Shown here: piece by piece, positions 52,490 through 64,000 of the stretch
Position numbering within the stretch: the first letter of the stretch is position 1
How the letters are laid out: every line of letters begins with the position of its first letter
DNA from: Mobula hypostoma
Lineage: Eukaryota
DNA length: 64,000 bases
Assembly: GCF_963921235.1 (NCBI RefSeq)
Contig: NC_086097.1
Coordinates: 150,290,001-150,354,000, forward strand
Direction of reading: 5' to 3'
Position numbers and translations under genes: made by a program
The notes under the pieces: model-generated
Seen by the model: the letters and a program-made list of their open reading frames with translations, nothing else
What the model was told of the DNA's origin: nothing
Databases searched by the model: none

Positions 52490-54905
52490 CAGATGCTTCC
52501 CAGGGTCATCGGGGGGCACCCCCCCCCTTCTTAGATGTTTCGCCAATTTAAGCCCACTGCATTTCCAGAGGGCTCAGCACTGCCACCCCGTGACCCAGCT
52601 GCACCTCCCTTCACATCTGGTCACCCATGGGTCATTTTAGAGCCCAACTGCCTTCACTCCTCTTCATCCATAAACAGAATCAGGTTTATTATCTGATTTA
52701 TTATCCATTTGTTAAATTTGCAGCAACAGTTCAATACAATACATAATTTAGAAGAAAAAAAATAATAAATAAGTAAATTGATTACAGTATATGCATATGG
52801 AATAGATTAAAAATCATGCAAAAAAACAGAAATAATATATACGTTAAGAAAGTGAGGTAGTGTCTAAGGGTTCAATGTCCATTTAGGAATCAGATGGCAG
52901 AGGGGAAGAAGCTGTTCCTGAATCGCTGAGTGTGTGCTTTCAGGCTTCTGCACCTCCTACCAGATGGTAACAGTGAGAAGAGGGCTGCTTCACTTGGCTA
53001 CCTCCGAGAGTTCTTCTATAGCTTGCCGCTACCCCTGGCCTCGGACTTCTCAATCCCTTCAGCAAGCTGACTATGAAAGCAGCCACAAATCCTCCGCAGC
53101 CAGCCTCTACTGGGAAAATCTGCACTTTCCATCCACGCTTCTTTAACCTCTGTGTCTTAGCACATCTTGCATGGTTCTGCTCATACAGCTCACAGACTGC
53201 ATCTTCCCAGAGCACCGTGAGCTCTGAAATTACTAATAGTGGCTATCTCCGGGGGAAATATTAGCCTTTTGTCAAGATTGACAACCATGTTCCATTCATG
53301 AGTTGGCTCCAGTATGCCTGACACCAACCGTGTTACTGAGGGTGGCATTTGCCAGACAAAGGGGATGGTGGTTCTTCCAGTCACATGGGACTTAGGGTTG
53401 TTATTCAGCTTTTGCTTCTCCACAGTAGATGTCAAACATCTGAGGGCCTGGTTGTGCCTCCATGTGTATCTTCCTTGAGTGAGGCTTACTTTGCAAGATG
53501 AGAGGATGTGCTTGAGGTTTGCTGATCTCCCACAGAGTGAACAGGCTGGGTCTTCACCGAGCCACTGGTTCAGATTTTTGGGAGTTGGGAGAACATCATA
53601 AAGAGCTCTTATAAGGAAGCTAATCTTTCTTCCTTCCTTTTCCCATGTCTCTCCAGCTGAATTTCCTTTTCTCTATGCCTTCCCACCTTGTCCACTGTCT
53701 CTGTTTTGTCTGAGGCACTGCCCTTGCATACCTCATCTGCTCCTCCTGTGACTGTACATCCTCCAGCACCGTAGCTCGCCTTTGCTTTTACGTTGTCACC
53801 CTTTGACAAATGGGTTTATTTGAGCCTGTGCCAGTGATGGAGTAGAGAGATAGGTAAATAGGGGTACAGACTAAGAACAATGATTAGTTAGAGATCAATA
53901 CTGTTGCTGGGACAAGTCAGAAAGAAACTTTACCCTGCAACAGATGATGTACTAGCCATTGTTCTCTAAAGATAAGCAAAGGTTCAAATAAGGAATTATC
54001 TGATTATGCAGAAGCATCTCAAGATATAGCTAAATATAAGAAGAACAGTGTAGGGGTTAGAATGTTCTAGAGAAAAGGGGAAGGTGTTCGAATGAGGAAC
54101 TGATGGGCTAGCTTTGGTTTCAAATAATTATAACTCACTAAACAATGGTCATTTTACATCTAATTGTATCTTAGCATGTGATTGAAATGATTCTAATATT
54201 GTCTAAACTTGTAATCATAAGATTTCCTGCTACATGATCAATGTTATAAATTGTGGAGAATTGTGTAATTCGAGGGCAGTGTCTGGAGTCTCTTTGAGAG
54301 ATCAGTCTGTAACTTCCCCTATAGCATGCTATGAATGAAGAGTAAAAGTTTGAGAAAGAATTGCGTGTGTTAGTGTACTGTTGTCTTTGCATCAGGTCGA
54401 TCCACTACGACCCCAGGGCTCCCTCTTCCAGATTGCACCTGGCCCACCATGTCTGCAAACCCGAGTGCTGCCTTTGCCTGTTTTACTGACTCTGCTGGAC
54501 ACCACTTTCTTCCTGTTAAGGTCCTGGGTGAAGTATCCTGGACAACACTGTCGCAAGATTCTGAGAGAGTCAGCTCAAGCCTGATCTTGGCACCTTTGAA
54601 CTCTTCAGTCAGCCCCGTGATAGGCAAATCCTGAGCTCCTTTGACATACAGGTAGATGTTACTTAGGGATCTTGGCAGGCCCATCTACTTCTTAATGAAG
54701 GAACTAACTGTCCTCTCTAGTTTTTCGACATGAGTGATGGGGACTTCATCGAGAGTCAGTGGCCACAACACCCGAGGGAGCAATGCAAACTGAAGGCTCC
54801 AGAGCCTAGGTTTCCTGGCAGCGAGGGCTTATCAATGTCCTTTGATGATCTTTTCTCTCAGCAGTTTCACTTGATATGTATCACTGACGTTTACATCGTA
54901 CCAAT
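52490..54905 (-). mobile_element. Older, divergent HERO-clade LINE, fragmented by insertions (~52675-52980 and ~53630-54380)
   Basis: MGLPRSLSNIYLY, TEEFK, LTGRKW, CSLCG..ANLKHILSSC, GRYTWRHNQ, KRGWKVQIFPVEAGCGGFVA, and the C-terminus LWMKRSEGSWALK* ending at ~52632. Confidence 0.85.
52501..52572 (-). ncRNA. Degenerate rearranged hammerhead-like motif in the 3' UTR of the divergent HERO
   Basis: Minus strand reads CCCTCT-GGAAATG-CA-GTGGGC ... GGC-GAAA-CATCT-AAGAAGGG ... GCCCC-CCGATGA. Confidence 0.5.
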
Positions 54906-55779
54906 GCCTCGAGCTTTTAAATAAGAGAGTGCCGAACATGAGTGGCAAGGCACTGTTAAAAGCCAGACTACAGGAACTGCTAAATTTTGTCATTTTATTA
55001 CCTCCTATATTCAATATTCTACAATAATATGTGGTAATTGATAGACCAGCTATTGCCTATTAAAACTGTATCACCCCTGCCTGCAATCATTCAACTTGTG
55101 ATATTTCAGTTATGGCCCTATAACGGGCAGCTGGTATGGCCACCCTGCTCAGCAACAAAGGCTACTTGTGTTGAAGTATGTAGTGCCATTCACAATCTTG
55201 AGCTTTCAAACAACTTCTCCACTGCCCATGTTTTAGGGGTTGAATGTTGGTTTTACTCAGGAGTAAAAAATAATCTGCTAGAACTCAGTGATCTGTGATC
55301 TGTAGAGATATAGAAATGTGTGGAGGCTAGCGGCAAAGTTGATACAATCACATGGAACCACAAGGAAATCGTGCCTTACTTAGGAGGTTAAGGAGGCTCT
55401 TCTTGTCACTAAACAGTCTAACAAATATTTACACTTGTGGTTTTGGAAGTATCATGGTCTGGTATGACAATTCAAATGTGCAGGAATGTAAGGAGATACA
55501 AGGGTTAGAAGACTCAGCCCAATAGATTACAGGCACATTCCTCCCCATGACCAGCAGTATCTACAGGAGGTGCTGACTCAGAAAAGGTAATCTGCAATGG
55601 AGAAGATCTGCTATTCAGGCCATGTCATCTTCTCACAGTTACCGTCAGGCAATATGTACAGGAAGTCCAACACCCCAAGGTTCAACAATAGCTCCTTCCC
55701 TTTAACCCACAAAAATGTAACCACTAAACTTCAGTAACACTTTGAGCACTTTGCACTAAAATGCACCATTGTTTTCCGT

Positions 55780-55942
55780 CAAAAACAAGAGAAAATTTGC
55801 AGATGCTGGAAAACTGAGCAGATCACACAAAATGCTGGAGGAACTCAGCAGTCCTGCCGAAGGGTTTTGGACCGAAACGTCGAATGTACTTTTTTCCATG
55901 GATGCTGCCTGGCCTGTTGAGTTCCTCCAGCATTTTGTGTGC
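55780..55942. mobile_element. Short inverted Penelope-derived repeat with a mutated hammerhead
   Basis: CACACAAAATGCTGGAGGAACTCA / TGAGTTCCTCCAGCATTTTGTGTG inverted arms around CAGTC-CTGCCGA-AGGGTTTTGGACC-GAAA-CGTC. Confidence 0.75.
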
Positions 55943-56544
55943 ATTGTTTTGTTCTGTGTTCTCTCTTGTAAATTTGTATATAATTTACAGTATATTTCTG
56001 GGGTTTTTTGTGAATACTGCTTATATGATGCTAAGCACTGTCATGCTGCCACAAATAAGATTTTTATTGCACCTGCACAGACATGACAAAAAGCTCACCT
56101 TTGACTGACTTTGAAAATTGATGACTTCTGCAGTAGTTCAGAATGAAGCAATAGTACAGAACTATTTGGGGAGGTGTGGTACAGGGTGCTTGGGTCAAAG
56201 ACTGTTCTGTATAGCTGATGAAAAGAAAGGTGTCATCTACATTTGTAGGTATGCCCATATCTACACTTCTGATATCTATGAAGTAGGCGCAATTGAAAGA
56301 AAAGTTGTTGAGATAAGAACAAAACATGCTAGCCAAATGAGAGCAATAATGGACGGGAAATGGTTGGGTCTTTGTTCTAGAAAGGAGAGACCAGAAACCT
56401 TCCTGATGAGAAATGGAGGCCTATAAAGACCTGATGTCCAGCATGTGATTGGAGCCAGGGAGAAGGGAGTTATTGAAATGTTGAAGGGCATGAGAGGTAT
56501 ACTGATATGTTATGGATATAGATGGTAAAGGCTAAACAAGATAG

Positions 56545-58440
56545 ATAGACAGATACTTTATTGATTCCAAAGGAGATTACAGTGTTTCAGTAGCACCACA
56601 AGTAAACAAATATACAAATATTAGAAGTAAGAAAGAATAAAAAATAAGTTACCTCAAACAGTCTAACAGGAGGGGGCCATCACTTCCCTGGCTATAGGTT
56701 GACTCATTATAGAGCCAAATGGCCGAAGGTAAGAAAGACCTCATATAGCGCTCTTAGAAGCAGAGCAGTTGTCTTAGTTTATTACTAAAAATGCCCCTCT
56801 GTTCAGCCAAGGTGGCATGCAGAGGGTGAGAAATATTGCCCAGAATTACCAGGATTTTCCATAGGGTCTTTTGTTCTACCACAGCCTCCATTATGTCCAG
56901 TTTGACTCCTATAACAGAACCACTCTTTCTAATCAGTTTATTGAGCATGTTGGCATCAGCTGTGTTGAAGCCATTGCCCCAGCACACCACCGCATAGAAG
57001 ATTGTACTGTTAACAACCGACTGTGTGAAGGACAGGCCTGCACCCTCCAAAGGTCCTCAGTCTCCTCAGGAAGTAAAGGCAACTCTGGCTCTTCTTCTAC
57101 ACAGCCTCTGTATTGGTGCTCCACTCAAGTCTGTCATCCAGGTTCAACTCCAGGTACTTGTAGCTCCTCACCACATCCACGTCCTCACCATCAATAGCAA
57201 CAGGGAGCAAAGCAGGCTTGGTCTTCCTAAAGTCCATCACCATCTCCTTTGTCTTACTGATGTTGAGCTGCAGATGATTCAGCTTGCACCATCTGGCAAA
57301 GTCCTCCACCAGGGCCCTGTAGTCATCCTCCCTTTACACACCCAACTACTGCTGAGCAAACAGAGAATTTCTGCAGATGACATGATGCAATGTTGTATCT
57401 AAAGTCCGAGGTATACAGGGTAAACAGGAAGGGAGCCAATACAGTCTGGTGTGAAGCCCCAGTTCTGCTAATAGCCATGTCTGACACACAGCTCTGAAGC
57501 CGCACAAACTGTGGTCTGCCAGTCGGGTTGTCCATCATCCAGGATACAATGGAAGTGCCAACCTGCATTGAATGGAGCTTTTCCCCCAGCAGTGAGGGCT
57601 GTATGGTATTGAAGGAACTTGAGAAATCAAAAAACATGATCCTCACAGTGCTGCCCTGCTTATACAAATGGGAGTAAGGTCTGTTCAGCAGGTAGGTGAC
57701 AGCATCGTCGACTCCAATGTGCTCCTGGTAGGTAAACTGCAGGGGATTGAGGGCTGATCTGACCAAGGGCCAGAGGAGAGCCAGGACCTGCTTCTCTAGG
57801 GTCTTCATAATGTGTGAGGTCAGAACCACTGGACGGTAGTCATACTTGGGTACTGGGACCACACACGTGAAGTTTTCCACACAGTCGGGACCCTTTCCAA
57901 GCCGAGACTAAGATTGAAAATGCGCTGGAGAACTCCACATAGCTGCTCAGCACACGCCTTCGGGACCTTGGGGTTCACACCATCTGGTCCCAAAGCTTTG
58001 TCGTGTCTGTTTCCCCAGAGCCCTTCTCACCTGCTCAGAAGTGAAGGTGAGTCCATGATAACTGGGAAGTGGGTGGAAGGTGGGGACATGGAGGTGTGAA
58101 TGGTAGGTGTAAGGCAAGGAGGGGGTGTATGCAGTGGTAGCCTGTGTTGTTCATCCATGTGTTGAACTGGAGGGGGGAGGAGGGAGGAGGGAGGAGGGAG
58201 ACATTGGTGCTAAAGGAGAATTGGGTGCCTTGGCACCTGGATTGGTGTGCTGAGGGAGTGTGAACAAGAGGGCGATTGTCAAACCTATTGAAGAATTGGT
58301 TTAACTCATTAGCCCGTTCACGGCAGCATCCCGAAGCTCTACAAGGAGAGACAGTACAAAGTCAAGATATGAAAAGGTTAAGTCTGAGGGGGCAAGAACA
58401 GGCAGACATGAACATCCTCCTTTTGGATCTACTCCAAGGT
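56545..58440 (-). mobile_element. Rex1-type LINE (second family)
   Basis: DYRPVVLTSHIMKTLE, VDDAVTYLL, MFFDFSSSFNTIQP, LNISKTKEMVMDFRK. (ATCT)n tail. Confidence 0.9.
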
Positions 58441-58789
58441 AGAAGCAGGCAGGGCTGGTTGGGGACATTATCTGGTTGGATGACGTGAAGACAAGATCTG
58501 TGAGAGTTCAGAAGACACTTGGTCATGTTCCAAGCATAAATACAAGGAGGTGTCTGAGATCCACCATCAGGCCATTGCAAGCTAGAGGTTATCATGCCAG
58601 ACCACAATGGTGCTGTCCTTTGTCTATGGGTTTCAGGATGAGGTCAGGATTGGTGCAAAGCTGCTTGAGTACTGCACACATTCAGGGTGCTACAATACCA
58701 TTTATCCTGTGTTATTAGGAATTATCTGGATAGGAGCTAATAATACAAATGAGAATTAGTCTTAAAAAACTATCCACATTTTTCCATTG

Positions 58790-59330
58790 TGGTTGGGTGG
58801 GCCTAACTTGGAGTATTGTGTGCAGTTTTGATCACCTACCTACAGGAAAAATGTCAATAAGATTGTAAGAATACAGAGAAAGTTTACAATTATGTTGCAA
58901 GAACTTGAGGACCTGAGTAATAGGGAAAGTTTGAACGGTTTAGAAGTTAGCATAGAAGAATGAGGGGAGGTATGCATAATTATGAGTGGTATAGATAAAA
59001 GCAAGCAGGTTTTTTCCACTGAAATTAGGTGAGACTAGAACTAGAGTCATGTATCAAGGGTGAAAGGTAAAATGTTTAAGGAGAACTTGAGAGTGAACTT
59101 CGTCACTCAGAGGTTGGAGGGAGTGTGGAATGAGCTGCCCGTGGAAGTGGTGGATGTGGATTCAATTTCAACATTAAAGATAAATTTGGATAGGTACATG
59201 GATGGGAGAGTCATGGAGGGCTTTGGCCCAGGTGCAGGTTGATGGGACTAGGCAGATTAATAGTTTGGCATGGATTAAATGGGTTGAATGGCCTGTTTCT
59301 GCGCTGCAGTACTCTATGACTCTATGACAT
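58790..59330 (+). mobile_element. CR1 3' fragment
   Basis: LEYCVQF, NFVTQRLEGVWNELP, (CTCTATGA)n tail. Confidence 0.8.
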
Positions 59331-59799
59331 TTTAAATTACTAGCAGTAATTAGACACTATTGAATGTAAGAAATGTAGATTCAAGGCTCACAAAAGGACA
59401 ACACTGAAGATAAATGCTTTGGAAACTGACAAATTAATCTCTTTGATTAGCATTGTAATGAAAATACTCCATTAAATTATCCAACAATTATCAATACTTT
59501 AAGGATGCCCAAGTTCAGCCATGAGCTTTAGAACATCTTCATTTTGTATCATGGTCAATCATACAGGAGAAACAACTGATGAATACAATCATCTTCTTCC
59601 TGGATCCACAGAGAGTCCACAGATATTATCCTTTCAGATCCTTCATAGGTGAAAATGGGTTGGATAATCCCAACTGAAACAAGACTTTGGTCAACTGTGT
59701 GACTTGACTGAGTTGGTCTCAGGGGTCAGAGTCAAACACAGGACAAATGAGGCCAAGTTCTTTCATGATGTCCTGCTGTGGGACACAACTGATCCTCCA

Positions 59800-60005
59800 T
59801 TTCCAGGTCCGTCTACCTGAAGGTTCTGGGAATCCAGTTCAGAGGCAAGGATGTGCAAATCGAATTGGCAAAGTCAAACAAAAATAGCTAGCTTGAACTA
59901 GTGCGAGGTCCTGTCTGTGTTGCAGGTGTGGCCCATACCTCACTCTATTACTGTGGCAGTCACCAAAGCCATGATTGGTTTCAACATGGAGCTCCAAGAT
60001 AGAAC
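59800..60005 (+). mobile_element. Degraded Tx1/L1-type RT fragment
   Basis: RSVYLKVLGIQF...RIGKVKQK...CEVLSVL.QVWPIPHSITVAVTKA resembles the Tx1 RT C-terminal region. Confidence 0.6.
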
Positions 60006-60369
60006 ATATCCTCTGGGCAGCAAAGCACAGACCTCCAGAGAATGAGGGAAATGTTAGGATGGAGTCACATGCAGTATTATCGAGATGTAAGTTTCAATAT
60101 TATCCTTTCAGATACTTCATAGGTGAAAATGGGTTGGATAATCCCAACTGAAACAAGACTTTGGTCAACTGTGTGAACTAAAAATTATAATCTTGTAATT
60201 CTTGAAGTCTTCTCTTATTCTCAGCACAGTTCACTTTGACTCCAAGTTTAACAGTTCTCAGGCACCCTCCTTGGAGAAGCCCATATGGCACTCAAATCTG
60301 CACTGGCATTTAATAAAATCACAGTGATCTGATGGGACTGGGCAGCTACATTCCAGTCTCTCCACGCTT

Positions 60370-60615
60370 ACACTTCACCACAATGTCAATCAGGAGTCTA
60401 TCCTGTGCTTACCTTGAGCTATATCTCTCTTACCTCACAGCACTTTTTCCAAATGACCGGAGTAGACATGACATGGTTTTTACTGGCTATGCAGAGCAGT
60501 CCATGCTCTAAACCTTCTCTGGCACCACTCTCCAACTCTTTGTCTGCTGTATCAATAACTGCATTGGTGCTCCCGCTTGCACCCATGTGGAACTTCCTAA
60601 TTTCATCAAATCAGA
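60370..60615 (+). mobile_element. Penelope-like RT fragment
   Basis: HFFQMTGVDM, GYAEQSML, QLFVCCINNCIGA (from LFLRYIDDCIG). Confidence 0.65.
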
Positions 60616-61243
60616 TTCTAAAAAATATACTTCTGCTTTCTTAAAAATTTCACCAATTGTTCCTCCCCCAGCCTTTGAGAATTGTGGTTAAATACAGGGG
60701 GAAGGGAATCAGGGTGCCTGGACTGATGGTGGAGAGGTTGTGGAGACAGATGTTGGTAAGACATCAGAAAAAGTCAGGAATCAAAAGGTTGAGCATGGTG
60801 TGACTGGTATCTTGAGCTGCATATATTTCAATGCAAGAGAGTTGTAAGGAAAGGCAGATGAGCTCAGGGCTGGATCATCACCTGGAATTATGATGTTGTA
60901 GCCATTAGTGAGACCTGGTTAGGAGGGGCAGGGCAGGTAGATCAATATTCTGGGGTTCCATTGTTTTAGACACCACAGACCGAGAGGGTTTATAGGAGGA
61001 AGGGTGGCGTTACTTGTCAGGAAAAAGTCACGGCAGTTCTCAGTCAGGACAGACCAGAGAACTCATCGAGTGAAGTGACATGGGTGGGACTGAGGAATGA
61101 GAAAGGTATGACCGTGTTAATGGGGCTGTTTTACAGACCACCCAACAGTCCGTGGAATTTAGAGGAACAAACTTGTAAAGATATCGCAGACTGCTGCAAG
61201 AAACATAAGGTTGTTTTAGTAGGTGATTTTAACTTTTCACATA

Positions 61244-62828
61244 CAGGTGTCCCCCGCTTTTTGAACATTCGCTTTACGAAACCTGACTGTTACGAAAGAC
61301 CTACATTAGTACCCTGTTTTCGCTTTCAGAAGGTGTCTTCACTGTTACGAAAAAAATCAGCGCGCGAAAAAATCAGCACGCGATAAAAGGCAGCACGCTC
61401 TCCCCCGGATTCGGAACGGCATTGCTTTAACATGTGCCTGTGAGCAGCCGTTTGCAAGATGAGTTCTGATGTATTGGAAAAGCCTGAAAGAGCTCGTAAG
61501 GGTGTTACACTTAGCGTAAAACTAGACATAATTAAGCGTTTTGATCGTGGTGAACCAAGTAAGGACAACGTGAGTTTGGCTTGTGGAAGCTGACGAAGAT
61601 GATGCTGAAGAGGTTTTGGCAGCCCATGACCAAGAACTGATAGATGAAGAGCTGATGCAATTGGAAGAGGAAAGGATAACAATTGAAACTGAATGCAGTA
61701 GCAAAATGAACGTGAAGCAACTGCATGAGATTTTCGCTGCAATGATAAATTACGACTTTAATTTTGGAAGGGTACGTAGGTTTAGGGGATATTTGCAAGA
61801 TGGTTTGAGTCCTTACAAAGAACTGCATGATAGAAAAATGCACGAGGCTCAGCAGTCAAGCAAGCCTTCCACATCAGCCACAGCAGACGACGAACCTCGA
61901 CCTTTGACATCGAGGCGGGCAGTCATAGGAGAAGATGAGCTGCCTGCTCTAATGGAAACAGACGACGAGATGACACCCCAGTGTCCCACCACCCCAACCC
62001 CAGGGCCACGGACAGATACCAATTCGCGGAGAATGCAGCGGTAGCCAGGAGGCACACAGCACATCTTTAAGAAAAAAGCCGAAATAAACGTTCTAATTAA
62101 TTAGGTGTCAGAGGCGATGCAATCGGCAATCGGCACTGATCTGGGCCGACAATTACGCATCGGGTGGCACCTAATTATTTAGCATGTTTATTTCGGCTTT
62201 TTTCTTAAAGATATGCTGTGTGCCTTCTGGCTATCGCTGCACCCCTGCATGCTTCACGGCAATGTATCGGTTGGCGGCCTGGAGGGTGGGGGCCACTGCA
62301 CCACCCCAGCCTGCGACGGCTCAGCCTAACACACCATCATCCGTGTGCTCGGCGCTGTCTTCCCGATTCCAGTAAGTGATACTACACAGTACATACATTA
62401 TTTCTACTTTATATAGGCTATGTATTTTTACGTGTTATTTGGTATGATTTGGCAGCTTCATAGCTTAAAGGTTACTGGAGAGCGCTTGCGCCGTGTTTTT
62501 GCCAACAGCGCTTGCATGAGATTTTCTGCTGAGAGCACTTGCACGAAATTTTCGCTTCGGTGAACAGTGCCAGCAATGATTGTAGAAAAGTACTTCTACT
62601 TTATATAGGCTGTGTATTTATCATATTATTCCTGCTTTTACTATACGTTACTGTTATTTTAGGTTTTATGTGTTATCTGGCATGATTTGGTAGGTTATTT
62701 TTGGGTCTGTGAACGCTCACAAAATTTTCCCATATAAATAAATAGTAATTGCTTCTTTGCTTTACGACGTTCCGGCTTATGAACCGTTTCATAGGAACGC
62801 TCTACCTTCGGATGGTGGGGGAAACCTG
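61244..62828 (+). mobile_element. Tigger/pogo-type non-autonomous DNA transposon
   Basis: TA-flanked TIRs CAGGTGTCCCCCGC / GTGGGGGAAACCTG. Transposase N-terminal (RKGVTLSVKLDIIKRFDRGE) and C-terminal (EEVLAAHDQELIDEELMQL) remnants. Confidence 0.88.
61995..62298. mobile_element. Second copy of the palindromic hAT MITE, nested in the Tigger, with the left tip deleted
   Basis: Shares CAGCACATCTTTAAGAAAAAAGCCGAAATAAAC and its inverse with 30103-30453. Flanked by CACCACCC (61987-61994 and 62299-62306). Confidence 0.85.
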
Positions 62829-63316
62829 TATTGATAGGGACTCCCTTATTGTAAAAAGACTAGATGGCATAGAGTTTACAAATGTGTTCTGGAAAGATTC
62901 CATCATCAGTATTTGGAAGTCGGAACAACAGAATGTGTGATACTTTCAACACACGGACCAGATAACATGTTTAGAGAACCTTGGTTTTCAAGAGATATCG
63001 AAGACCTTCTTAAGAGAAAATGGAAGTGCATTAGCACACAGGGAGGGATAAATGAGGCACTTAGGGAGTAAGAGAAATGCAAGAGAACACAAGAAAGAAA
63101 TTATGATGGCTAAAAGAAGGCATTAGTTTGCCTTAATAGACAAGATGAAGGAGAATCTTAAGGGATTCTACAGATGAAGTGCCTATAATAAGTATTCACA
63201 CTCCTTGGAAGTTTTCATGTTTTATTGTTTACAATATTAAATGACAGTGGATTTAATTTACACATCAAAGTTGCTGGTGAACGCAGCAGGCCAGGCAGCA
63301 TCTCTAGGAAGAGGTA

Positions 63317-63354
63317 CAGTCGACGTTTCAGGCCGAGACCCTTCGTCAGGACTA
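63317..63354 (-). ncRNA. Minimal type I hammerhead ribozyme (Penelope-associated)
   Basis: TAGTC-CTGACGA-AGGGTCTCGGCCT-GAAA-CG-TC-GACTG, with an intact core and stem I. Confidence 0.8.
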
Positions 63355-63846
63355 ACTGAAAGAAGAAATAGTAAGAGATTTGAAAGTGGGAGGGGGAGGG
63401 GGAGGTCCAAAATGATAGGAGAAGACAGAAGGTGGAGGGATGGAGCCAAGAGTTAGACAGGTGATAGGCAAAAGGGATATGAGAGGATCATGGGACAGGT
63501 GGCCTAGGGAGGAAGAAAAGGGGGAGGGGGGGAAAACCCCAGACGATGGGCAAGGGGTATAGTGAGAGGGACAGAGGGAGAAAAAGGAGAGAGAGAAAAA
63601 GAATGTGTGTGTATATAAATAAATAAATAACAGATGGAGTACGAGGGGGAGGTGGGGTATTAGCGGAAGTTTGAGAAGTCAATGTTCATGCCACCAAGTT
63701 GGAGGCTACCCAGTCCTCTCATATCCCTTTTGCCAATCACCTGTCCAGCTCTTGGCTCCATCCCTCCCCCTCCTGTCTTCTCCTATCATTTTGGATCTCC
63801 CCCTCCCCCTCCCACTTTCATATCTCTTACTAGCTCTTCTTTCTGT

Positions 63847-63884
63847 TAGTCCTGACGAAGGGCCTCAGCCCGAAACGTCAACTG
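63847..63884 (+). ncRNA. Minimal type I hammerhead ribozyme (Penelope-associated)
   Basis: TAGTC-CTGACGA-AGGGCCTCAGCCC-GAAA-CG-TC-AACTG. Core intact, one stem I mismatch. Confidence 0.72.
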
Positions 63885-64000
63885 TACCTCTTCCTATAGA
63901 TGCTGCCTGACCTGCTGCGTTCACCAGCAACTTTTATGTGTGTTGCTTGAAATTCCAGCATCTGCAGATTTCCTCATGTTTGTGGATTTAATTTGGCTTT

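Larger units (their letters stand above)
60665..63175 (+). mobile_element. CR1 LINE (APE region) split by a Tigger element
   Basis: IYFNAR, VAISETW, LFYRPPNS, VLVGDFNFSH|IDRD resuming after 62830. Confidence 0.85.
63260..63981. mobile_element. Penelope-like element: inverted pair of terminal repeats
   Basis: Arms ~63260-63488 and ~63714-63941 are reverse complements. GIY-YIG ORF end LGSLQLGGMNIDFSNFR* on the minus strand (~63660-63713). 13-bp TSD GTGGATTTAATTT (63247-63259 and 63982-63994). Confidence 0.88.
63177..64000. mobile_element. Terminal part of a Tc1 element interrupted by a Penelope insertion
   Basis: AGTGCCTATAATAAGTATTCAC..CCTTGGAAGTTTTC resembles a Tc1 TIR. The sequence resumes after the duplicated GTGGATTTAATTT. 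Confidence 0.65.

Noticed and set aside
56118..56426. 102-aa ORF in unique sequence
   Set aside because: Non-ATG start, no domain similarity and no convincing splice context.
59926..60086. Plus-strand exon or immunoglobulin V remnant (cag|...|gtaagt, SLYYCG)
   Set aside because: All three frames contain stops, and another frame matches a Tx1-type RT (QVWPIP...AVTKA).

Overview
Eukaryotic, repeat-dense vertebrate DNA. The repeat repertoire (CR1, Rex1, Penelope-derived repeats with minimal hammerheads) suggests a cartilaginous fish such as a ray; this is inference. The only host gene I can support is a minus-strand beta-galactoside alpha-2,3-sialyltransferase of the ST3Gal I/II/VIII subfamily, with coding exons at 29173-29442, 10277-10470, 8369-8548 and 7787-7832. 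Its last exons must lie beyond position 1. Most of the remainder is transposable elements: HERO (R2-group, RLE) LINEs, an RTE with an inverted 5' half, a 5.8 kb KIAA1586-like hAT with TIRs and a perfect 8-bp TSD, a Gypsy solo LTR and an RT-deleted Gypsy body, many Rex1 and CR1 LINEs, Tc1/mariner/Tigger elements, MITEs, Penelope remnants and a 47-bp minisatellite. The most unusual signal is a hammerhead-like RNA motif in a non-circularly permuted strand order in the 3' UTR of all three HERO copies, with stems that covary between subfamilies. Boundaries of degraded LINEs are approximate.
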